Positions 54,312-64,000 of a stretch of 64,000 bases of DNA are shown here, piece by piece. Position numbers and translations under genes: made by a program. The DNA is from Picochlorum sp. SENEW3 (Eukaryota). The notes beneath the pieces are model-generated. The model was not told the DNA's origin, searched no databases, and was given only the letters and a program-made list of their open reading frames with translations. Location of the stretch: the NCBI GenBank assembly GCA_034226945.1, contig CP120456.1, positions 1-64,000 of the forward strand, written 5' to 3'. Position 1 is the first letter of the stretch, and each line of letters starts with the position of its first letter.

Positions 54312-56050
54312 TTAATTCGAAGTCTCCTTCGAGCTCGATACATGTATTTGTTTTGCACTAGTATCCTCTTCTGCTTTCTCGGGTTCTTCCAATTCTTGCT
54401 TCTCCTCGTGCTCCTCCATGTCTGCTGGAACTTCGTCTGAGAACAGGATTCTTGCTGCGACTTTCAGATCACCACCTGCTCGAACCGCAGCTGCAAAAGC
54501 AGGCAACGACTCTCGAGCAACGACTCGAAGAGTTTTCCAGTTGTACATGATGTCCTTGGAAACGCTAAACATTTCATCCTGCTCGGGATCGTTCATCTCA
54601 TCGATAACAGGGCCCATAAGCTGCCGCAAGTTTGTGAATCCTCCTCTGTCGTCAGCTGCCAACACTGCACACATATTCAAGATAATGCATTGAAAAATTT
54701 CCATCAGGATACAACAATACCGACTCCTGCGTGTAGCAACGTACTTGTGAGGTTGTCCTCGGTTTGATTCCATAGCCTTGTGAGTTCAGGGACCCCAAGA
54801 TCTACCCCAAACACTGCATCAGGCGATTTCTTCATCTTTTTTGGCTCGGGATATAAACGCACATCTTTCAATTGCTCTACATCGTATTTTTGAGAAGTTT
54901 GGAAAGCCTCTGCTGGACAACCAGCCTGCTTCCATAGATTCCATGCCATCTCTCCATCCAAGACCTTTCGAATCGCATCTGCAAATGTGACTCCATTCTC
55001 TGGAGTTTGTTTCAACTGATGATAGATCTTTTGCTTCATATGGATCATGCTTCCAAGAACTCTCTCAGTCGGCTTTTTGCTCACCCAATCTTTCAGCAAT
55101 GGATCCTCCATCCACCCTATCAAAATCAGGCTCTGCACCAGAATCGTTCTCCGAAACGTGGCATCCCTGATTTGAAGGGGCAGAAGACGAGCGCTGCTGA
55201 GGTACTTGACAGATGAACCATCACCACTTTTGCAGAGATTGTCTTGAATACTTGTGTTCGATCCTGCGGCTTCCGTAACTGTCACACTGGTGGAATTGAA
55301 TTTTTTGAGAACCAACTTGAGAGACTCCGAGATGGAATCCCAAGCCCCAGGGGACAACGCTAATCGGGGATCAGAGAACCATTTCTGCAGTCCCCAAAAT
55401 GTTTTGTAAAATTCTATATCTATAGGCCGTCCTTCGGCATCCAAACTGCCCTCCTTGACCTCCTCAAGGGGTGTCATGTTGTCTATGTGGAAGCTGCCAT
55501 ACATGTTCACCCCAGACCTTTCAGTCAATGGCAAAAATTTTGCTAGGAATATCAGAACCCTGCCACACAACTCTGCGTCCTGACTTTTTGACAATCTCTT
55601 CAGCAGCACATTGCAGGTCCTTAGCAGGGTATACTGAGATTTCTGCCGCACCCCTGGCGTGGTGAACATGTCCATTCGGGAGTCCAAGTAGTCAAATATA
55701 TCAATACTGTTCATTGTCGTAGTTACCTCCATCAAAACCTCCAAGCACATCGCTGGAGCGGATAAATCAATCAGAGAGGAGTGGTGGAGAGCCATATTCA
55801 TCACTGAATCGATGAAGAAACTGACCATCCCCACCCCATTCTCCTCCAGTTTCATGACTGAGCACCCCTCTTCCCTGGCCATCCGGGCAAGCTGTAACAC
55901 TGTTGCCTGTAGAGCGTGGGATAAGAGAAATGCATCGTCACCTGTAAGTGCATCCACCGTCTTACGGCCCCTGGTGTCACACAAAACTCTAATGAACTCT
56001 TCTCCGCACTCCCCAGACGAGTCACTGGACTCGCTTGCATGCGTCTTCAA
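54312..56050 (-). CDS. THOC1: THO complex subunit 1 (THOC1/HPR1); intron 54744-54665; 5' end uncertain
   Basis: LLRTCNVLLKRLSK..CGRVLIFLAKFLPLTERSGVN, FYKTFWGLQKWF, KYLSS..LQIRDATFRR, LGVPELTRLW, YNWKTLR. Confidence 0.92.
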
Positions 56051-56477
56051 GCCGACTAAGATCTTATCCTACGAGTACATATCAATTTATGAGATCATGT
56101 GGATCCCCATATTGTGGATTGACACCAAAAAGCGCACCCTCAACCCCACAACCGATGTCTCATAGCTCATACTGTCACCATGCACCGGTTAATCACTTCC
56201 CATCTCGATATTTGTAATATTCGTATCCCCTTTGATCGTCATTCAAATCGGAGTAAGCTCAAACGCGAGCACGGGTTCCTTAATACGTACTTTTAAATCG
56301 CCAAGTCGATCCACCAGTCCTCGGGTGATCGATCCTTTCAACGACTCTCGTCCATGGTGCGCGTTCACCTGTATCCCCCATGGCGTGGGTCAACCGACGC
56401 CTGAGAGTCCCTCCGCAAGACCACCTTCTGCTATTGATAATTTGCAAGAATATACCTATAAAAACAATTCCTGCAAC

Positions 56478-57804
56478 ATGGGGGCTGGTTGGAGGCGATT
56501 CTCGGAGCAGGTACGTTTGCCTAGAGACCAACGGCACAGCCAGATTCTCGCTGTTGACCGACGAGTTCGACGGATCACCGCCGATTAGAATCAGAGCGCT
56601 GGTCACCTATCATTACTTAGTGCAATTCTGTCCGGTTGGAGTGGGTTTCCGGGACTTTGAGTGGTGTCGTGGGGTGGAGCGTTGACGGTTGGTTGGATGG
56701 GCGTGACGCCTCGGGAACGAGTACTGATTGGGGCTTGTGAACGATGTGCAGGCTCGTCAAAAATGGGGTATTGGAGATAGAGAATTTCAGGTGACTCCAA
56801 ATACGAGGAACGAGCTCATGCTGAAGGAAGCGACAGAGTTCTCTGTGCACCTCAAGAGGTGCGAGAAGGACATTAGGGCTCTGAAAGTGGCCACCGAGGG
56901 GCTTTTGGTGACATCCAAGGTGGTGCTCACATCCTCTCTTCCACGAGTCTTTGAGGAGACTGGTGGGGGCAAAGTGGTGCCCGTGCCCACTGGCCCAGTC
57001 GGCTCATCTGGAGTTGCTGCGATTGGTGGGGGAGACTTTTCACCAGAAGAATTGGCCAGAATTTCGAAAGAGACTGGGTCAAAAATCGAAACTGAAGTGT
57101 TAGCTCCAATGGAGAGGTGGATGAATGCGTTCTCATTGGTGCAGAACCGCATGTCCAAGCTCGAGGCCTTGAGGTTAGAAGTTGACTCAAGGAGAAGGAC
57201 TGTTGCAAAGTTGGGGAAAAAGGTCGATGTCCAGCGGGCCCAGCTTCCACAAACGAGAGCAAGGGGTGAATATGACATGGAAAACACCATCAAGGTGCTC
57301 CAGCACAAGGAAGCAAAGTTGTCAGCATGCAGACAGTCCTACAAGGAACACGAGGCCCTCGTGTACCATCAGCTGACAAATCTCATCCGAGACACAGTAT
57401 GGCTGAAATCGTACCTCTCTGCGGTTCTTCGAGTGGAATCAGAAGCCTTCCAGGTGGCCAATGTCGCTCTTGGATCCATGAAGGCGGCGTTGCCATCCTC
57501 TGCCTCACCAAGTGAAGCAGATCCGATCCAGATGAATGGAATGAATGCCATGCATGATTCTTTGAGCGATGATGGCATACCTGCTGCAAGAAGCGATGTC
57601 ATGTCCCGTCATAACCACCAGAAATCTATTGAAAATGGGCTGAAAGGCTCTCCAGCAAGGAAAGCAAAAGATTCCATGTATACCATTGATGCTTCCAGCG
57701 AACAGAGGGGAGGTGTGGCTGGAGGCATCCCTGCCCAGCGAGAGCCATATGCAGCATACGGGGCTTCTGAGGAGTATACCAGACCTCCCGTGTCTGCTTG
57801 GTAA
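56478..57804 (+). CDS. BAR-domain-like coiled-coil protein; exons 56478-56510, 56752-57804
   Basis: Amphipathic N-terminus MGAGWRRFSEQARQKWG, IETEVLAPMERW, LRLEVDSRRR helices. Phase-0 GTACGT..TGCAG intron. Confidence 0.6.
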
Positions 57805-57845
57805 TTCGTTTGCATTACAATGTAATTCTATAACTCTAACATTCT

Positions 57846-58202
57846 TCATTCAAACATCATGGTTCTCTCAAGCAGCAACGTGATATGCTTGGACATTTGG
57901 TCCATCACACGAGCTTGACATAAAACAACATCTTCTAATTCTTCAATGCGCTTCACCGCATCCAACATGCTTGCGCTCGAATGATCTGCTTCGTCACTCT
58001 TTTCTGTTGTAGGGTGTTGTTGGAGACTACTTGCTGCACCCGTCTCCAACAAGTCACACGTGCTATCACCGTCGAACTGTCTCATCATAATTTCATGATA
58101 ATGGCTCATCTTGTCAACAGGTCTGCCAATGTCCGACTCCATCGACGCTCGACCAAACTGGGTGAAAAGTGGGTCTATATCTGCCTTTGCACACCCCGTC
58201 AA
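57846..58202 (-). CDS. Small hypothetical coiled-coil protein (possibly a last exon)
   Basis: Coding-like composition, convergent with the BAR-like gene. No family recognised. Confidence 0.35.
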   Translation of the reverse strand: MTGCAKADIDPLFTQFGRASMESDIGRPVDKMSHYHEIMMRQFDGDSTCDLLETGAASSLQQHPTTEKSDEADHSSASMLDAVKRIEELEDVVLCQARVMDQMSKHITLLLERTMMFE

Positions 58203-58522
58203 ACCTTTCTACGTACTTGTCGAATATAAATCATTCAAAGCTATGACATACGACGTAACATGTTGATACATAATGCCTCGTTACTCGTAACAATGCTCTT
58301 GTTGTTCCCGTACACGACTCGAGCAGCTTCGGTGAATCTTCCGCTTGCCCGGCCGGGCGCCCCCGTGAGAGCACCAACTCCATGCATTGCCATGAGGCCT
58401 CATGACACAGACAGTGGTCTATTTTACCTGCTTGAATGTCAGTTTCATGAATATCAGTCGGCTTCTACCCAGTCGTGGTATTTTTACATTATATCAATGG
58501 CATATGAAACAGCAAGCAAACT

Positions 58523-61500
58523 TCACGCCTCTTTGGCGGACACTTGCACAAGAGACTTCCAAGCAGAGACAGCTGCAGATGTCAGCGCAAAGGTCTCAGT
58601 CAGATTTTCTCTCTCGTGCAACAAAGCTACCTTCCTCATCTTGAATTCATCATCAGACTCGTCTCCGTCATCAGTCGCAGCGATCATGCTTTTGAAAAAG
58701 CTAAACGTGCTCGGGAATCGAGAGTCGTCCTGGTGATGTGTCTCCTCTGTGGTCGCACTGTCGTCGATGCCACTCATGGACAGAGGAGAACCCACGGGCG
58801 TCGCTCGTCCTCTAGTCAGTTGACTCACCAAATCGTGTTCGTGTCCATGCATGGGAGAGATGACTTCCGCTACGTCCGAAGCGAAATGGAAATGGAGGAC
58901 GACGTCTTGTGGAGACGACAAGGACGCCGATTTTGCCGAAGGCAATGTCACTGTGCTCACAATAAGCGCGATTGTGTGGCCACTCCAAGAAATTCCAGAG
59001 TACGCAGCATGGATACCGCCCGAAACTGGTAGCAAAACCTTTGACGAGCACGCCAAGCCGGCAGATTCAATGGCCGACAAGACCATCATGACACCTCGCA
59101 TGCCTCTGCCTTTTGGGGTGACATAGGCATTGGCCCGGTGCGGGAATGTCTGCCACATTTGGAAAAATTCCGCGGCATAGATTGGTCGATTCGACTTCAG
59201 AATTAACTCCAGAGGAGATACCGAGTAAGGCTTGCATCGCACTGCACCTGGCTGCAAGCTCTGTCCTGCTGATGCACACTCGACTGGCAACGCAATGACA
59301 GCCTGCACCACAGGCCAGCCAAACGTGAGGCAACGGCAAGGGATCTCCCATTCATGAAATTCTAATGCCTTCAATGTCCTAATTTTGTACACAAGTGGTC
59401 GTCTATGCATGGCAATCGGTCCTCCCATCAACAAATGAACCTCAAGCCCAGATATCTTTTCAGATGTTTTGTTCTCAATGCGACAGCGCAATCTGATCGT
59501 ACTGGATGATGGCTCTAAAAAGTGACAGAAGCATAGGGAAAATGGACTGAATATTCCAGTCACTTCAACCCAAGGATTCTGTTTCCTGGACCCTGTGTCA
59601 AGGACTTCAAGAGCTGTGCTGAGGCTAGGAAGCCCCACATTTGCATCTACATCTTGGCTGTTGGAAATGTCTTCCCCGGACGGGTCATCCGAGGACACAA
59701 TAGCGGACTGCAAGTCACCTAAAAACTCCTGATATCTGCGTACAATGTTACTATGGATCAACGAGGGTGAGGCAGGTACTGTGCAGGGGTATGAGACAAA
59801 TTTGGTTGAGAAATCCTCATCATCCAAATCTACCACGACCGTTTTCTCGATTTTTTCTGTCTGCTTGTCGCCTTTGACAATTGAAACGGTGCTGTGGCGA
59901 ACACTGATCGTCGTGGCCCTGCCAGTAGTGTCCTCCGCCGTTGCTTTGCCTGAACTGGCTACAGGAGCCAGTAATTTCTTTATCCTTTCCAGTCGTTGAT
60001 ATGATGCTGGGGACAAATGCCCCGTTGAAATACACATGGAAGCTAACGATTCCAAGAGCTTGGCAATGTCCGCCAGACGGCCTCTCAGTGTTCCCTTGTG
60101 GTTCTTAGCCAGTAAATTGGCCAATCGTTCCATGGCAAGAACTCCGATCTCCTCCGTCTCCCCAGCTGCTGCTGCTACAAAGGGGTCGTGCATTGAACAC
60201 TTCTTCCTATCCGTCACGGGGAATGATTTGATGCTTCCTTCTGCAACTGAAGTAAAATACTTTGTCGGACCCGCTGAACCAACATGTTCTGCTTCAACAA
60301 GCAGAGATTTCAAAGCATCTGCCAAAGAGTTCCAAGCAATATCCAAGGCACTTCTGAACCTCAGGTTGAATGCACAGACCCAAATCGCTCTTGGGCGCAC
60401 AACTGGGTGAAGTGCACGCCAATTGGCTGCAATCTGAAGAAGAAGGGCCTGAAATTCCACCTCCAGGACTGCAGATTGGCGCTTCAAGACTGGGATCAGG
60501 TTGGAAATTCCACTTGCAGGCTCCTCCTCTTCACCTGTTTCTGTACCTGAGCTTTGCTTTTCATCTTGCTCTTCACCCTTATTCAAAGGACCATCTGGAA
60601 GCTTTCTCAGTCGCTCTTTCAATTGCGACGAGACACTAATACACCTCAGAAGTAACTGAAGCCACAAGTCAACACAGACAGTTGCTCCTGTGGTGCTCAC
60701 TCCCACGACTCTGTCCCATCCAAGACATGGTTTTGTATTTTGGAGCGATGATTTTGATGTCAAAAGCCAGTCTAATGCGGATCCTGCAGCCTGAATACCT
60801 GCAGCAGTTATTAATGCTGAATTTGCTGCCGTCTGCCCCAAGCAGGTGCTATTTGCAAGCCCTGTGATGGGCCCAGGATGCGTGAGTAAGACATACAGCA
60901 ACGATCCTACAACTTCCTCTCTAAAAATTGGGTCTTGATATCGTGGATGTGGTACGTGAGTATCTTCTATTCTTTGTGGATCTTTGCTTGGCAATCCTGC
61001 AACGCAATCCTTCATAGATTTCTCCAGTAAAATGTGCTGAATTTCTGAAGCGGGAGATGAGGATTTATCACTTTTTTCCTCAATGATACCATTGATCACA
61101 GAATTCAGATTCCAGTCATAGGACGCCACGGAGTACCACAGCTTGACAAAGGCTTTTACCCTCTGCCTCGAAGATGGCACAGTTGCAATCATCAGCGGCA
61201 GTTTACCAAAAAGCGCCACCTGCTGTGCTGGAGGCAAGGCATCCATATGCGAAAGAAATGTATCCAACAAACCTTGTTGTGCAACGTGCTGGTAGCGGCC
61301 TTCTAAGGCACTGATGCTATCTATTGAGGCTTGGATGGACAGAGGGACTTGAGAGTACAAGGATGCGGAGGATTTGTCAATCTGTGGTGCAAAATTAAGC
61401 CCAGTGACTCTAGGATCGAATGAAAAACAATCAACAGAAGGAAGACACATACCTTAACAAGGGACAAGAGTGCCTTGGTCGATTCCACAACCAGAGAGGG

Positions 61501-62457
61501 ATCAAAGCTCGCTGAGCACTCTGCAAAGAAATTCACGACCTCATCCATTTGGTGTCCAAGAATCTCCCCTGGTCTATGGTCGAATAGGTTCAATGAATAA
61601 ATAAGAACTTTTGCATCCAAGTAAGACACCAGGAATCGCAGCACCTGTCGTTTAGAATTCAAACTCAAAGAGTGCAGGATTGGCAGCATCTCAGCAAACA
61701 TGCCATCTACTGTTAGAACAATGTCCTCACACACTGACAAGGCCAACATGGTGGCCTGAGAATAATGTGACGCGGGTTCCGTTGCATTTATCTTTGCTTT
61801 ACCCAAAGAGATATAACCAGACTTGACTTTTTTGCTCATTGTCTCCAGGAGGGACTGAAGAGATAGCGCTGCGGCCAGAGTCAGTTCGGCCGCGGGATGA
61901 ACAAGCATATTTGCTACGTTCTTCACAAAATTTTCAAACATCTTCTTTAGATCTTTCTGCTCCGTCAATAGCTTCATCATGGTATCAAAACTCATCACCA
62001 TGGCAATACATTGTGCACTTGCTGCCCTCACTGGTATGGGTGACGTATACAAGTGCTGCCGAACTAGTGCAACAAAATCCGAATCACTCATCAAACCAAT
62101 CAGCCGATGACTTGGCAGCAATCGCAGGGCAAAGAAAGCCGCAGACTGAATAGCTTCGTTCGCAGCCGTAGCGTCGAGTCGCAAGTCGCATGCTATTCCC
62201 TCGGATAGCCTGGATGCATCCATATCACTCAAACTACTGCCTTTGATGATGTCATACGCTCGCACACGGAGCGCCAAAGGAACGCTCGCATTGCCGACTA
62301 TATGGTGACAAATCTGAGATACATACGCAGTAATGTCCCTCCCTGCGGACATCAGCGCAATCACGGCGAGCAAAGCATTCTCCTGGCGAGCAGACTCTGC
62401 AGAAGCCAAGTCAGACGCAATATCCACCTGAGGTGCTCCGCTTTTCACGCCACTCAT
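58523..62457 (-). CDS. TPLATE: TPLATE (TSET complex beta-adaptin-like subunit); intron 61452-61382
   Basis: N-terminal IASDL..RQENALL..AGRDI..AYDII, FREEVV, appendage VRCKPYSV..LEL..AEFFQMW. A 71-nt phase-0 intron joins the two long ORFs. Confidence 0.75.
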
Positions 62458-63098
62458 GCTTATGGACTACACAATCTATCAATCTAAAACAAATATCGAG
62501 TATGTGGCTAAATTCGGCGTAGTGATTTCCTAAGGGCCACTTTGAAACACGCTTTCAAACTATCGAATTCTCTTTCACAGCTATTCTTCTCAACCTACAC
62601 AATTTATAACAAACCAAATTCAGTTAAAGAAGAATATCTCAATCTTGAGGAGGCCACAGGATTCCGCAGGTAAAGTGAAACACATGATCACAACGTCCAC
62701 TCACTTCTGAGAGTTTAGATCCAACACAAGATCCATATAGAGCCACCTAGTTCAAGAAATTTCCTTTTTGGTCAGCGAGGAAAGAGATAGTTCTGAAACC
62801 ACGCGCATTCCAGTCTACACACCTGAGAGTGACACTGCAATAGACCTTTGCTAAATGCTACTGTGTATCGCTCGGATAAAGAGCTCATATTTTTTAAAAT
62901 AATAGCGGACGCATCGCGCGCGTGCCGCACTTAACGTAACATGTTCCGATGGGCGAATGATGGAGGATGGCGATCACAGGTCAGAGAGATCTCTCTGGCT
63001 AGACACTGGTTGTACTTACATTCAAGTAATACTGACGATGACAACCAAACAAAAGTTCAGTCTACTCGTTTCTATTCATCCAATCGAATGCCGACCAC

Positions 63099-63704
63099 TT
63101 AATATCCAACCTTGGACAAGACAGAAGCAAGGGCAGACTGCATATCAGCAAGCTCTTTGGTGGCACTGTCCTGGTTCTTCTTGCGGATGGCGAAATCCAA
63201 GGCACTGACCTCAGTCTTGAAGGCCTTCTTAAGTTCTTCTGCTGCCTTGCGGTCAGCCTTTGGGAGCTGGGCGGCGAGGGTGTTAATATCAAAGCTCAAA
63301 GTTCCAACCTGGCGACGGAGCTCCTCGCGGGCCTCAGTCCAGTACTTCTTCTCAATGTATCCGGCGAGCTTTCCCTCGATGCGTCCTTTGGACTCAGCGA
63401 TGCGCTTCTTGGTCAGCTCAATATCTCCGCGGGCCTGGTACAGTCCATCACGCTCTCCCTGTGGCAAGTCGAGATCACGGGCCTCGTAGATGATGTCGAA
63501 TCCCTTGGCCTTAGCCTTGCGGTCATCGATGATATCAACGGCGTTGGCAGCTGGGGCGCTGATGGCAGCGAGTCCACCGAGAACGAGTCCTCCGAGCACG
63601 GCACGACGGCTGTCCTCAGCACGGGCAACAACAGCAGCTCTGGCCTTGTTGGCGCGTGGCTGGGCAGATGCCACGGTGGTGAGTCTGCACAGACAATGGT
63701 ACAC
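63099..63704 (-). CDS. psbQ: Photosystem II oxygen-evolving enhancer protein 3 (first exon upstream)
   Basis: Tat signal SRRAVLG..ANA, GFDIIYEARDLDL, YWTEAREELRRQVGTL. Confidence 0.95.
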   Translation of the reverse strand: MYHCLCRLTTVASAQPRANKARAAVVARAEDSRRAVLGGLVLGGLAAISAPAANAVDIIDDRKAKAKGFDIIYEARDLDLPQGERDGLYQARGDIELTKKRIAESKGRIEGKLAGYIEKKYWTEAREELRRQVGTLSFDINTLAAQLPKADRKAAEELKKAFKTEVSALDFAIRKKNQDSATKELADMQSALASVLSKVGY

Positions 63705-64000
63705 ACGTTAATCAGCGATTAGCTTACGCAACATAGGCAATCATTCCAGGCAATGTCCCGCCAGTAACGACACCCAGGCAATCGCCAATCGAGGAGGCGA
63801 TAGGGTCTCTTGTTCCCATCAACACCTCCCTCCAATGGGACCTTTGTGCGGATCCCCAGATTTCGAGATAATGTATCCGATTTTATCCTTGACAAAATGA
63901 CACACGATACGCCTGCCCCCCTCCACATCCACTCAGTTTAGATCACTGAGCATTAAGTAACCCGATCTACACCACGATGACAACCAAGCCGTCTATGCAG

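Overview
Eukaryotic nuclear DNA from a compact-genome green alga (PsbQ, CRTISO, fibrillins, short GT-AG introns; Trebouxiophyceae/Picochlorum-like by inference). Bases 1-22.1 kb are a gene-poor repeat zone that looks subtelomeric or centromeric. It holds a broken POL5/MYBBP1A pseudogene, a duplicated A/C-rich block starting with telomere-like CCCTA motifs, and an APE-RT LINE whose poly(A) is joined to such a motif. It also holds a young Ty3/Gypsy element (identical 296-bp LTRs, GTGTT TSD) nested in a ~0.8-kb degenerate tandem repeat, a solo LTR, and 12 copies of an unexplained 30-31-bp tripartite motif in both orientations. Bases 22.7-64 kb are gene-dense housekeeping DNA (GLE1, POLD3, NOG1, IF3, ABC-F, RAP, mTERF-like, FKBP, PP2C, SPP-like, CRTISO, RPL4, THOC1, BAR-like, TPLATE, PsbQ). 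The stand-out is a Fanzor (TnpB-family RuvC) ORF at 53205-54278 on the minus strand. It has intact catalytic residues, a structured downstream candidate omega-RNA and a flanking direct repeat, and it lies in frame just behind the THOC1 stop codon. All protein calls come from motif recognition by eye; no database search was run.
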